64,000 nucleotides of DNA, from positions 29,691 to 93,690 of the forward strand of contig JAHHRX010000005.1 of assembly GCA_020025545.1 (NCBI GenBank), given 5' to 3'. Under the pieces are notes generated by a model. It was not told where the DNA came from and did no database searches. It saw nothing but the letters and a program-made list of their open reading frames with translations. The translations under genes and the position numbers were made by a program. Each line of letters begins with the position of its first letter. Position 1 is the stretch's first letter. The stretch is from Oscillospiraceae bacterium (GTDB lineage Bacteria > Bacillota > Clostridia > Oscillospirales > Oscillospiraceae). Of this stretch, positions 49,215-58,930 are shown in pieces.

Positions 49215-50195
49215 ATGAATATTGCTATATTGGGCTATGGAAATCTGGGGCAGGGCACAGAGCTGGCGGCTTATAACAGCCGGGATTTACACCTTGCCGG
49301 TATTTTCACCCGCCGGGATCCCGCCCGGATAAAGCCTTTGACAAAAACCGCCCGAATATTTCCCGAAAAGGATCTTTTATCCCGCAAGGAGGAGATCGAT
49401 GTGCTGGTACTTTGCCGGGGAAGTGCCACGGATCTTCCCGAAATTTCTCCCATGCTGGCCCGCCATTTTAATATTGTGGACAGCTTCGACACCCACGCCG
49501 CCATGGAAACGCATTTTTCGCAAGTGGATGCCGCCGCCGGAGAAACCGGCCATCTGGCCCTCATTGGTGCCGGATGGGATCCGGGGCTTTTTTCAACGGT
49601 GCGGCTCTGGGCCGAATCCATTCTGCCAAAAAGCACCGCCGACACCTTCTGGGGTCCGGGTGTCAGTCAGGGGCACTCCGACGCCATCCGCCGGATTCCC
49701 GGGGTGAAGGATGCCCGGCAATACACCGTTCCCATAGAAGAGGCTGTGGCATCCGCAGAGCGCAGCGGCCATTCCGTCCTGCCTCCCCAAAGCAAACACC
49801 GGCGGGAATGCTTTGTTGCTGCTGAAAAAGGGGCGGATCTTGCCCGCATTGAAAAGGAAATCAAAACCATGCCCCACTATTTTGCAAATTACCGCACTTC
49901 GGTGCATTTCGTATCGGAAGATACCCTCCGGCAAAAGCACGCAGCCATTCCCCACGGGGGCTGCGTGATTGCCGCAGGACAGACAGGGCTTCAGAATCAG
50001 CACCGACAGCTTATGGAATTTCGGCTGAAGCTGGATTCCAACCCGGAATTTACCGGTGCCGTACTGGCGGCCTGCGCCCGTGCCGTACATACCCTTCACG
50101 GTCGGGGGCAGGTTGGGTGCATTACCATGGCGGATGTGGCTCCGGCAGATTTTTCCCCGCTGTCCCCTGCCGATTTCCGCAGGCGGCTGCTGTAG
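49215..50195 (+). CDS. ddh: meso-Diaminopimelate dehydrogenase
   Basis: GYGNLG, GSATD, VDSFDTH, GWDPGLFS, TFWGPGVSQGHSDA and HGG motifs. Confidence 0.93.
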   Translation: MNIAILGYGNLGQGTELAAYNSRDLHLAGIFTRRDPARIKPLTKTARIFPEKDLLSRKEEIDVLVLCRGSATDLPEISPMLARHFNIVDSFDTHAAMETHFSQVDAAAGETGHLALIGAGWDPGLFSTVRLWAESILPKSTADTFWGPGVSQGHSDAIRRIPGVKDARQYTVPIEEAVASAERSGHSVLPPQSKHRRECFVAAEKGADLARIEKEIKTMPHYFANYRTSVHFVSEDTLRQKHAAIPHGGCVIAAGQTGLQNQHRQLMEFRLKLDSNPEFTGAVLAACARAVHTLHGRGQVGCITMADVAPADFSPLSPADFRRRLL

Positions 50196-50255
50196 CCGTA
50201 AAAAATTCCGGGCATACCGCATATGCCCGGATTCTGTTTTTTTCCAAAAAAGCGC

Positions 50256-51488
50256 CTATTTCTGGTGGTAATCCTGCAAAAAATTCCCCATTCTCTCCAT
50301 GGCATCTTTCAAAATATCTGCCTGAGGCAGCATGACGATTCGGAAATGATCCGGCTCCGCCCAGTCAAATCCGCTGCCGGGAACCACCAGAATGTGTGCC
50401 TGCTCCAAGAGATCCGCCGCAAACTTCTTGTCGCTGGTAATGCCGAATTTTTTGGTATCCAGCCGTGGGAACAGATAGAAGGCGGCGCTGTTTTTCACAA
50501 AGGAAATGCCGTCAATACCGGAAAGCACCTTGGTACAGGCCTCCCGCTGTTCGTAGATCCGCCCGCCGGGCCGCACCATGGAGGCCGGAGTCTCCATATC
50601 TGCCATAGCCGCCGGAATGACCAGCTGGGAAAGCGCATTTGCACACAGGCGCATGGAGGTCAGCTCCACAATGCCCCGGCGGTATTGGGTCAATTCCTCC
50701 CGGGGACCGCTCAAAATCATCCATCCGCTGCGGAAACCGCAGAGACAGTGGGACTTGGACAGTCCGTTGAGGGTCACCATCGGCAGATCCGGTGCCAGAG
50801 ATGCGGTGGACACATGGGTAAGCCCATCCATCACCAGCCGGTCGTAGATCTCGTCGGAAAATACCAGCAGCTTATGCTCCCGGGCCACCTGCAGCATTTG
50901 CAGCAGCACATCGGTATCGTACAGCGCGCCGGTGGGATTATTGGGATTGATGATCACCATGGCTCTGGTTTTTGCCGTGACTTTTTTCCTGAGATCCGCC
51001 ACATCCGGGTTCCAGCCGGATGCTTCATCGCAGCGGTAATACACCGGCTTTGCTCCGGTGAGCAGGATGGTATTGCTCCACAGGGAGTAGTTGGGGGTCG
51101 GCACCAGCACTTCGTCCCCCGGATTCAGCAGCGGCATCAGGGCAAAGTTCGCCACCTCGCTGACACCGTTTCCGATAAAAACATCCCCGGCCTCCACGCC
51201 CTCAATTCCTTTCCCCCGGGCATAGGCGGCAATGGCCTCCCGGGCGTCGGGCATACCCTGAAAATCGCAGTAGGGCACACCGTATTCTTCCTGCCCCGCA
51301 ATGGCGGAGCGGATGCTCTCGGGCATGGTAAAGCCGAAAGAGCCGGGGTTTCCTGTATTGAGCCGCAGAACATCAATCCCCTGCTGTTTCATTTGCAGGG
51401 CCCTGCGGTATAATTCTCCTCGAATATCCGAATGGACATATTCCATTCGCTTTGCCGGATAAATCAACTGATCCATCTCCTGTTCCAA
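50256..51488 (-). CDS. PLP-dependent aminotransferase class I/II (AlaA-like); alternative start ATG 51476
   Basis: DIRG, LNTGNP, GNGVSE, INPNNPTG, DEIYD and NGLSKSH...GFRSGW motifs. Confidence 0.9.
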   Translation of the reverse strand: MEQEMDQLIYPAKRMEYVHSDIRGELYRRALQMKQQGIDVLRLNTGNPGSFGFTMPESIRSAIAGQEEYGVPYCDFQGMPDAREAIAAYARGKGIEGVEAGDVFIGNGVSEVANFALMPLLNPGDEVLVPTPNYSLWSNTILLTGAKPVYYRCDEASGWNPDVADLRKKVTAKTRAMVIINPNNPTGALYDTDVLLQMLQVAREHKLLVFSDEIYDRLVMDGLTHVSTASLAPDLPMVTLNGLSKSHCLCGFRSGWMILSGPREELTQYRRGIVELTSMRLCANALSQLVIPAAMADMETPASMVRPGGRIYEQREACTKVLSGIDGISFVKNSAAFYLFPRLDTKKFGITSDKKFAADLLEQAHILVVPGSGFDWAEPDHFRIVMLPQADILKDAMERMGNFLQDYHQK

Positions 51489-51574
51489 ATTTCTCTGTCC
51501 TGGTCAAACATCTCGCCTATTTTAACAGATTGGTTCAGAAAAAGAAAGAGGTTTCCCGAAATATCCCGCCCTTA

Positions 51575-52381
51575 TTACCGGAACTTCCGTTTTTTCAGTG
51601 CCGGAATCATTTCCCCCGCATCTTTCAATACCAGATGAGGCTTATCCGGCGAATTCTGCAGGGTTTCCGGTGTAGACTCCCCCGACAGCACCAAAATCCC
51701 CATAGCCCCCGCATTGAGGCCGGATTTCACATCGGTGTAGATCCGATCCCCGATGACCGCCGTTTCCTCCGGGGTAAATCCCCATTGCTCCATGGCAAGT
51801 CTCGGCATCAGGGGCGAGGGCTTGCCGATGACCACCGGCTCTCTGCCGGTAGCATTGCGGATGCCGATGCAGATGCTTCCGCAGTCCGGCACAAAGCCGA
51901 ACTCCGTGGGGCACACCAGATCCGGATTGGTGGCAATGTAAGGAATGTCCTTTTTTTCCGTCAGGAGCTTGCTCACATTCCAGAGCTTTCCGAAGGTCAG
52001 CTCCGTGTCGAAGCCCATGACCACGCACTGCGCCCGGTCAATATCCTCGGTGACGGCAAAGCCCTCCCCCTCCAGCTCCCGCACCAGGGAACGGGTGCCG
52101 CAGACATAGAGCACCTTTCCCGGATGGTTTTGCCTGAGATAATAAGCCGTCGCCTGCGAGGAAGTGATAAAATCCTCCCGCGCGGCCGAAATCCCCAGTT
52201 TTTCCAGCTTTAAAATGTAGTCATCCACACTTTTGGAGGAATTATTGGTCATAAAGAGATATTTGCCGCCCACGCTGCGAATCTCAGCCAGCAGCTCCTT
52301 TGCAAAGGGAAACAGGCTGTCACCAAGGTACAGCGTGCCATCCATGTCAAACAAAAACAGTCTGATATTTTCGATTCCCAT
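51575..52381 (-). CDS. HAD-IIA phosphatase (NagD-like)
   Basis: FDMDGTLY, TNNSS, IGKP and IGDRIYTD motifs. Confidence 0.92.
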   Translation of the reverse strand: MGIENIRLFLFDMDGTLYLGDSLFPFAKELLAEIRSVGGKYLFMTNNSSKSVDDYILKLEKLGISAAREDFITSSQATAYYLRQNHPGKVLYVCGTRSLVRELEGEGFAVTEDIDRAQCVVMGFDTELTFGKLWNVSKLLTEKKDIPYIATNPDLVCPTEFGFVPDCGSICIGIRNATGREPVVIGKPSPLMPRLAMEQWGFTPEETAVIGDRIYTDVKSGLNAGAMGILVLSGESTPETLQNSPDKPHLVLKDAGEMIPALKKRKFR

Positions 52382-52384
52382 GGA

Positions 52385-52732
52385 TTACTCCACATCTCTG
52401 GTGGCTACCACGGGAGAGCCGAAAAGCGAATCCACGATCACATCCCCGATTTTCACAGGGGCAAACACCCGGATGCCGTGGAGCATCTGTGCCGCTTCCA
52501 TCATTTTTCCCTTGGGGATGGGATTCAGTGTTTTGACGGACACCATGGTGTCCTCACGGTTCGCCACCCGAACACAGGAGGTCACCGTCCGCACGGGCGC
52601 CGTACACTCCCGGATGGCGTATTCCCTGCCCTTGGGGCAGGTATTGCCGGTAACTTCCAAACTGCCCTTTTCCCCGGTCACCTGTAAAGCGCATCCTCTG
52701 GGGCAGATGATGCAGGTCAGCTCCTTTTTCAT
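52385..52732 (-). CDS. DUF1667 family small Cys-rich subunit
   Basis: CIICPRGC...GNTCPKG..Y motif. Confidence 0.85.
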   Translation of the reverse strand: MKKELTCIICPRGCALQVTGEKGSLEVTGNTCPKGREYAIRECTAPVRTVTSCVRVANREDTMVSVKTLNPIPKGKMMEAAQMLHGIRVFAPVKIGDVIVDSLFGSPVVATRDVE

Positions 52733-53976
52733 GCCAGCTCCTCCAATTCTACCGTGATAACTCCCTGAGCCTTGCTCAGCTTCTCTCCGGGTACGGTGAT
52801 TTTCTCCATTTCTCCCGGAGCCGCTTTCAGCCGCTTCACGGAAACGAGCACCTCATCGCCCTGTCGAACTGTAAAGCGCACCTTTCCGAAGGGGCGGCTT
52901 ACCCGCAGGAAAAGGGGCACATCCCGTCCGTCCCTGTGCAGTGTCTGGGGAATCACATACCGCACGCCGAAGCCGGCTTCGGTCTTTGCGGTTTCCGCCG
53001 TATTATCTCCGTTAAGTATCCGCTCTGCGGCTCCGATTCCCGCTCGCTCGGCTTCATCGGAAACATAGTCCACAAGATCATGCACCTGCAAAACATTGCC
53101 GCAGGCATAAATTCCCGGCACCATGGTCTGACAGCTGTCGTCCACCAGTGCGCCGTTGGTAACAGGATCCATGGGGATCCCCGCTCCTCTTGTCAGTTCG
53201 TTCTCCGGAATCAGTCCTACGCTTAAAAGCAGCGTGTCGCAGGGGATAAAGCGTCTGGTTTCCTCTATGATCTGCCGTTTTTCGTCCACCTGCGCAATGG
53301 TCACGCCCTCCAGACGGCCATTGCCGTGAATCTGCGCCACGGTGGTGCTGAGATAAAGGGGAATGTCGAAATCATGGAGGCACTGCACAATATTGCGCAT
53401 CAGTCCGCCGGAATAGGGCATCAGCTCGCAGACTGCCTCCACCTTTGCCCCTTCCAGACTCATCCGCCGAGCCATAATCAGTCCGATATCGCCGGAGCCA
53501 AGGATCACCACCCGCCTGCCAACCATATAACCGGCGCAGTTGATGAGTTTTTGCGCGGTTCCGGCGCTGTAGATGCCGGCACAGCGGCTGCCGCTGATAT
53601 TGAGGGCGCCGCGGCTCCGCTCCCGGCAGCCCATGGCAAGAATGACGGCTTCCGCCTTGATTTTGAGAATACCGTCCCGATTCTGTGCCGTAACCACCCG
53701 GTCAGGGGACAGCGCGGTAACGGTGGTTTCGTAGAAAACAGGGATATTTCGTTCCGCCACCTTCCGGGCGTAGACGGCGGCATATTCCGGCCCCGTCAGC
53801 TCCTGTCCCAGCTTGTGCAGTCCGAAGCCGTTGTGGATGCACTGCTGCAAAATGCCGCCCAGCCCAGGCTCCCGATCCAGAATCACCACATCGGTAACGC
53901 CCCGGTCATAGGCTGCCACCGCCGCGGCCATGCCCGCAGGGCCGCCGCCGATCACAACGATTTTATGTTCTTTCAT
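52729..53976 (-). CDS. NAD(P)/FAD-dependent oxidoreductase (partner subunit of G3P dehydrogenase)
   Basis: GGGPAG, GGILQQCIHNGFG, GSGDIGLIMARR and GNVLQVHDLVD motifs. Confidence 0.9.
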   Translation of the reverse strand: MKEHKIVVIGGGPAGMAAAVAAYDRGVTDVVILDREPGLGGILQQCIHNGFGLHKLGQELTGPEYAAVYARKVAERNIPVFYETTVTALSPDRVVTAQNRDGILKIKAEAVILAMGCRERSRGALNISGSRCAGIYSAGTAQKLINCAGYMVGRRVVILGSGDIGLIMARRMSLEGAKVEAVCELMPYSGGLMRNIVQCLHDFDIPLYLSTTVAQIHGNGRLEGVTIAQVDEKRQIIEETRRFIPCDTLLLSVGLIPENELTRGAGIPMDPVTNGALVDDSCQTMVPGIYACGNVLQVHDLVDYVSDEAERAGIGAAERILNGDNTAETAKTEAGFGVRYVIPQTLHRDGRDVPLFLRVSRPFGKVRFTVRQGDEVLVSVKRLKAAPGEMEKITVPGEKLSKAQGVITVELEELA

Positions 53977-55418
53977 TTTGCCTCCCCTGCCTTTCCCGTC
54001 AGCATATAGGAATCGCCGCCGTTTTTTGTCACCTGTTCCATGGGAATCCCCAGCTCCTCGCTGATGAGCTTCATCACCTGCGGGCCGCAGAAGCCTCCCT
54101 GACAGCGTCCCATGCCGCTGCGGGTGCGGCGCTTTACGCCGTCCACATCCGCCGCACCGGGATTGCGCCGAATCGCCGCCCGGATTTCTCCCTCGCTGAC
54201 AGTTTCACACCGGCAGACAATTTTGCCGTAATCGGGGTGGCACTTGATAAATGCATCTTTTTCCTCGTCGTTCATCTTGCGGAAGGCATGGGGATCTTCC
54301 CGACGGCCGTTCCAGTCCTGCTTTTTTTCCAGAGGAAGCCCCGTTTCCCGCAGCAGCTGCACCACATATCCGGCAATCGCCACGCAGCAGGTAAGCCCCG
54401 GAGAATCAATGGCTGCCGCATGGACGACGCCGGGCGCCTTCCGGGACTTTTCAATGATAAAATCTCCGCCGCTGACCGAGGATCGCACCCCGGCAAAGGA
54501 GGTGATGACCTGCCGGAAATCCACGGAAGGCACGCTCTTTGCCGCCAGACGCTGCACCAGCTCCATACCCTCGGGGGTGGTGTCCCGGCTTTCGGGCGTG
54601 GCAACCTGCGCAGCCGTGGGGCCGGTCAGAAGATTTCCGTCCACCGTGGGTGTCACCAGAATACCCTTGCCCGCCTTGGTGGGGATCTGGAAAATCGTGT
54701 GTTTTACACGGCTGCCCTCAGTCTTATCCAGCAGAAGATATTCTCCCGCTCTCGGAATGATGGAGAAGCCGCCGTCGCCCACCATATTCGCCACCTTGTC
54801 GGAAAATCCGCCGGCGCAGTTGACGATTCTTCCGGCAGTGACGGTTCGCCCGTCCTCTGCGGCAATGGCGTAGCCGTCCTCCTCCGGGGTAATGGAGGAA
54901 ACCTTAAAATTCCGCAGCAAAGCTGCGCCGTTGTCCATAGCGCTGCCCGCCGCCGCCACCGTCAGCTCATAGGGACAGATAATGCCCGCCGTGGGGACAT
55001 AGAGAGCCTTTGTCACCGCTTCGGAAAGATTCGGCTCCAGCTCCCTTGCCTCGTCCCCGGTGAGAATGCGCATATCCGGCGTGCCGTTCTGGATGCCCCG
55101 GTCGTAAAGCACCTGCACCATCGGCTCTTCTTCCCCGCCGAAGGCGCAGACCAGCGAGCCGTTGCGGATGCAGGGCACATTCAGCTCCTTTGCCGCCGCA
55201 AATAACAGCTCCACACCTTCGGTGTTGAGTCTGGCTTTCAGCGTCCCGGGCTCCGGATCGAAGCCGCCGTGGATAATGCCGCTGTTGGCCTTGGATGCGC
55301 CGCAGGCCACATCGTTTTCCTTTTCCAGCAGGCAGACGGAAAGCCGGTATTTCGACAGCTCCCGGGCAACCATGCTGCCCGTCACACCGGCACCAATGAT
55401 GGCTACATCGTATTTCAT
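53973..55418 (-). CDS. FAD-dependent oxidoreductase with C-terminal BFD-like [2Fe-2S] domain, probable glycerol-3-phosphate dehydrogenase
   Basis: GAGVTG, SKANSGIIHGG, CRCETV and GMGRCQGGFC motifs; directly downstream of glpP. Confidence 0.87.
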   Translation of the reverse strand: MKYDVAIIGAGVTGSMVARELSKYRLSVCLLEKENDVACGASKANSGIIHGGFDPEPGTLKARLNTEGVELLFAAAKELNVPCIRNGSLVCAFGGEEEPMVQVLYDRGIQNGTPDMRILTGDEARELEPNLSEAVTKALYVPTAGIICPYELTVAAAGSAMDNGAALLRNFKVSSITPEEDGYAIAAEDGRTVTAGRIVNCAGGFSDKVANMVGDGGFSIIPRAGEYLLLDKTEGSRVKHTIFQIPTKAGKGILVTPTVDGNLLTGPTAAQVATPESRDTTPEGMELVQRLAAKSVPSVDFRQVITSFAGVRSSVSGGDFIIEKSRKAPGVVHAAAIDSPGLTCCVAIAGYVVQLLRETGLPLEKKQDWNGRREDPHAFRKMNDEEKDAFIKCHPDYGKIVCRCETVSEGEIRAAIRRNPGAADVDGVKRRTRSGMGRCQGGFCGPQVMKLISEELGIPMEQVTKNGGDSYMLTGKAGEAK

Positions 55419-55442
55419 GTGAAAAAATCCCCCTTTTTGCAT

Positions 55443-55511
55443 AAAAAAGAGAAACAAAAAGCAAAGGCGTGTGTTCCACCGTCTTTCCTTTCCGTTTCTC
55501 TCAATCTCTAC
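55443..55511 (-). promoter_or_regulatory. GlpP-type antitermination leader (terminator hairpin)
   Basis: Minus strand TAGAGATTG-AGAGAAAC...GTTTCTCT-TTTTT long hairpin between glpP and the oxidoreductase gene. Confidence 0.7.
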
Positions 55512-55527
55512 GGATTACAATATAACT

Positions 55528-56103
55528 TTACAGATACCACAGAGCCTCACAGCCTGTGGAGATCGCCGCTGCGCCGGCACCCAATGCCGCCGTGATCTCC
55601 CCCTTGGTCTCAATGAGACCTCCGGCGATCACCGGCACGGAACCGGAGGAAAACCGCCTGACTGCCTTGGGCAGCACCCCGGGCATGATTTCCATAAAAT
55701 GCGGGCTGGTGCCGTGAAGCATATCCTTCACGCTGTCCATCCCCTGAGAATCCAGCGCAAAAAAACGCTGCACCGTGAGGAGTCCTTCTTCCTTCGCCAT
55801 GCGAATGATGTTGGCACGGGTGCTGAGGATGCCGTCCGCACCGCAATGGCTCAGATATCGGATGCCCTCCCGGTCCTTGCCGATGCCCTCGGCCAGATCC
55901 ATATGGACGAACACCGCCTTGCGGGCAAGATGCGCCTGCTCAATATGGCGATGAACCGTCATGAGTCTGGCATCCAGATAGAAAAGCACCTGCGCCGGGG
56001 ACTCCAGCGCCGCCTGCCACTTATCGTCCCGGATGGCTGCGATCACCGGAAATTCCGCCAGCCGATCCTGTAACTGTCTGACCTGCACACCATCCCTCCC
56101 CAC
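55528..56103 (-). CDS. glpP: Glycerol-3-phosphate-responsive antiterminator
   Basis: PVIAAI, FVHMDL..G, GILSTR, QRFFALDS, EIMPG and IAGGLI motifs. Confidence 0.93.
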   Translation of the reverse strand: MGRDGVQVRQLQDRLAEFPVIAAIRDDKWQAALESPAQVLFYLDARLMTVHRHIEQAHLARKAVFVHMDLAEGIGKDREGIRYLSHCGADGILSTRANIIRMAKEEGLLTVQRFFALDSQGMDSVKDMLHGTSPHFMEIMPGVLPKAVRRFSSGSVPVIAGGLIETKGEITAALGAGAAAISTGCEALWYL

Positions 56104-56282
56104 TCAATCTCCATACCCGATTATAGTACGGCATTCCTTAAAAAAAGTCAAGTTTTCCAACTATTTTTCTGATGTTTCATTCAATATTTACGGAAATGCC
56201 GGGCTGTGTTAAACCAAATAAAACGCAATTTTGTGCATTGCGTCAAAAATGAAAAATCTTTTTCGGCGGGGGTGAAATTCTA

Positions 56283-56311
56283 TTGACATTAATATCCTAA
56301 AATGTTAAAAT
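56283..56311 (+). promoter_or_regulatory. SigA promoter of fhs
   Basis: TTGACA-N17-TAAAAT with extended TGn. Confidence 0.75.
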
Positions 56312-56343
56312 TTCATTCGGTACAGATGTACCGATAATGTTTA

Positions 56344-56418
56344 ATGTGCAGTGAGCCAACCTAACGGCAGCTGCATAAATCCTGTATAGACTGAGCCAAA
56401 CTAACGGCAGGTCCTACA
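56344..56418 (+). ncRNA. Tandem-hairpin cis-regulatory RNA candidate in fhs 5' UTR (possibly the FTHFS orphan motif)
   Basis: TGAGCCAA(C/A)CTAACGGCAG at 56352 and 56392, each closed by a different basal stem. Confidence 0.65.
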
Positions 56419-56442
56419 CTACATACAAGGAGACTGATTAAC

Positions 56443-58116
56443 ATGGAATTCAAGACTGACATCGAGATCGCACAGGAAACCGAAATGCTGCCCATCGTTG
56501 AGGTCGCTAAGACCGCAGGCGTCGATGAGAAGTATTTGGAGCAGTACGGTAAGTACAAGGCAAAGGTCGACTACAACCTGCTTCGGGAAGTCAAGCGTCC
56601 TGACGGCAAGCTGGTCCTGGTCACCGCTATCAACCCCACTCCCGCCGGCGAAGGCAAGACCACCACTACCGTTGGTCTGGCAGACGGCATGCGCAGAATG
56701 GGCAAGAATGTTCTGGTTGCTCTGCGTGAGCCCTCCCTCGGACCCGTTTTCGGCGTTAAGGGCGGTGCAGCCGGCGGCGGATACGCTCAGGTCGTGCCTA
56801 TGGAAGACATCAACCTGCACTTTACCGGCGACTTCCACGCCATTGGTGCTGCAAACAATCTGCTGGCTGCTATGCTCGATAACCATATTTATCAGGGTAA
56901 CGCTCTGGGAATCGACCCCCGCCAGATCACATGGCGCCGCTGCGTCGATATGAACGACCGCCAGCTCCGCTTCGTGGTAGACGGTCTGGGCGGCAAGACC
57001 AACGGTATGCCCCGTGAAGACGGCTACGACATCACCGTTGCTTCCGAAATCATGGCTGTTCTGTGTCTGGCTTCCGACATCACCGACCTGAAGAACCGTC
57101 TGGCTCGTCTGGTAGTTGCTTACACCCGTGAGGGCAAGCCCGTTACTGCCGGTGACCTGAACGCACAGGGCGCTATGGCTGCTCTGCTGAAGGACGCTCT
57201 GAAGCCCAACCTGGTTCAGACTCTGGAGCACACTCCTGCATTTGTCCACGGCGGACCCTTCGCCAACATCGCTCACGGCTGTAACTCCGTTACCGCTACC
57301 AAGATCGCACTGCGCCTTTCCGACTACACCATCACCGAGGCCGGCTTCGGTGCCGATCTGGGCGCTGAGAAGTTCCTCGACATCAAGTGCCGTGTGGCAG
57401 GCCTGCACCCCTCCTGCGTGGTTCTGGTTGCTACCGCCCGTGCGCTTAAGTATAACGGCGGCGTTCCCAAGGCCGAGACCGGCAAGGAAAATCTGGAGGC
57501 TCTGGAAAAGGGTCTTCCCAACCTGCTGCAGCATGTTGAGAACATCACCAAGGTTTACAAGCTGCCCTGCGTAGTCGCTATCAACCGTTTCCCCACCGAT
57601 ACCGAAGCTGAGCTGAAGCTCATCGAGGATAAGTGCAAAGAGCTGGGTGTCAATGTTGCTCTGTCCGAAGTTTGGGCCAAGGGCGGCGAAGGCGGTCTGG
57701 CACTGGCTGAGGAAGTCGTCCGTCTGTGCGACGAGCCCAACGATTTCAGCTTTGCTTATGATGTTGAACTGCCCATCAAGGAAAAGATCGAGGCCATCGC
57801 CAAGAAGATCTACCATGCTGACGGCGTAAGCTTCACCTCCAATGCCGAAAAGCAGATCAAGACTCTCACCGAGCTGGGCTACGACAAGATGCCCATCTGC
57901 ATGGCTAAGACCCAGTATTCCTTCTCTGACGACCAGACCAAGCTGGGCGCTCCCAGAAACTTCACCATCACTGTCCGCAACGTCAAGGTCTCCGCAGGTG
58001 CCGGATTCCTGGTTGCCCTCACCGGTGAAATCATGACCATGCCCGGTCTGCCCAAGGTTCCCGCCGCCGAGCGTATCGACGTGGATGAAACCGGAAAGAT
58101 TTCCGGCCTGTTCTAA
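56443..58116 (+). CDS. fhs: Formate-tetrahydrofolate ligase
   Basis: [29 protein letters not shown] and MTMPGL motifs. Confidence 0.98.
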   Translation: MEFKTDIEIAQETEMLPIVEVAKTAGVDEKYLEQYGKYKAKVDYNLLREVKRPDGKLVLVTAINPTPAGEGKTTTTVGLADGMRRMGKNVLVALREPSLGPVFGVKGGAAGGGYAQVVPMEDINLHFTGDFHAIGAANNLLAAMLDNHIYQGNALGIDPRQITWRRCVDMNDRQLRFVVDGLGGKTNGMPREDGYDITVASEIMAVLCLASDITDLKNRLARLVVAYTREGKPVTAGDLNAQGAMAALLKDALKPNLVQTLEHTPAFVHGGPFANIAHGCNSVTATKIALRLSDYTITEAGFGADLGAEKFLDIKCRVAGLHPSCVVLVATARALKYNGGVPKAETGKENLEALEKGLPNLLQHVENITKVYKLPCVVAINRFPTDTEAELKLIEDKCKELGVNVALSEVWAKGGEGGLALAEEVVRLCDEPNDFSFAYDVELPIKEKIEAIAKKIYHADGVSFTSNAEKQIKTLTELGYDKMPICMAKTQYSFSDDQTKLGAPRNFTITVRNVKVSAGAGFLVALTGEIMTMPGLPKVPAAERIDVDETGKISGLF

Positions 58117-58127
58117 TCGCTGCTTCA

Positions 58128-58162
58128 CAAAAGCACAGGCGGTTCCTCGCCTGTGCTTTTTG
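58128..58162 (+). terminator. Terminator after fhs
   Basis: AAAAGCACAGGCG...CGCCTGTGCTTTT. Confidence 0.8.
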
Positions 58163-58280
58163 CCATGGCATATTGCAGATCATACAGGACACTTCCGGCG
58201 TGTATTTTCCGAATCCCAAGGGATTGCCCGGTATCGCTCTGCGCAATAACAATCTGACAATTTAAGGAGAAAAACCCATT

Positions 58281-58901
58281 ATGGATATGACTCTGGAATC
58301 CTGCCGCAAATTTGTGGAAGTTCTGGCATCCGATGCTCCCGCTCCCGGCGGCGGCGGTGCTGCCGCTCTGGTGGGTGCCGTGGGCACTGCCCTCGGCAAC
58401 ATGGTCGGCTCTCTGACCGTCGGCAAGAAAAAGTATGCCGATGTACAGGATGAGATCATCGCGCTCAAAGCAAAATGCGACGCACTCCAGAAGGAGCTGC
58501 TGGATCAGGTAGAGGCCGACGATATCGGCTTTGTGCCTCTTGCCAAGGCCTACGGCATTCCCAAGGATAACCCCGACCGGGACCGTATTCTGGAAGAAGC
58601 CACCGTTACCGCCTGCGCCGTCCCCATGCACATCATGGAGCTGTGCTGTGAGGCAATGGAATGCGTGTCGGTATTTGCCGCCAAGGGCAGCCGTCTGGCT
58701 GTTTCCGATGCCGGCTGCGCCGCTGTCTGCTGCAAGGCCGCCTTGCAGGCCGCTTCTCTCAACGTGTTCATTAACACCAAGTCCCTGAAGAACCGGGACA
58801 CCGCCGAGGAGCTGAACCGCAAGGCCAATCTCATGCTCAATAAATACTGCCAGCTTGCCGATGACATCTTCACCGATGTAAAGGCCGGTTTCGGTCAGTA
58901 A
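58281..58901 (+). CDS. fchA: Methenyl-THF cyclohydrolase (cyclodeaminase/cyclohydrolase family)
   Basis: LAS..PAPGGG.AAA, MVGSLT.GKK, SDAG and NVFIN motifs; lies between fhs and folD. Confidence 0.88.
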   Translation: MDMTLESCRKFVEVLASDAPAPGGGGAAALVGAVGTALGNMVGSLTVGKKKYADVQDEIIALKAKCDALQKELLDQVEADDIGFVPLAKAYGIPKDNPDRDRILEEATVTACAVPMHIMELCCEAMECVSVFAAKGSRLAVSDAGCAAVCCKAALQAASLNVFINTKSLKNRDTAEELNRKANLMLNKYCQLADDIFTDVKAGFGQ

Positions 58902-58930
58902 CCCGATACATAGTTTGGAGGAAAAATATT

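Noticed and set aside
56352..56410. Mini CRISPR array
   Set aside because: Only two 19-bp units with a 21-bp gap, no cas genes, and the location is a 5' UTR where the flanks base-pair.
56312..56442. ZMP/ZTP or THF riboswitch upstream of fhs
   Set aside because: The conserved sequence blocks and pseudoknot pattern of these aptamers are not recognisable by eye. A covariance-model search would be needed to exclude them formally.
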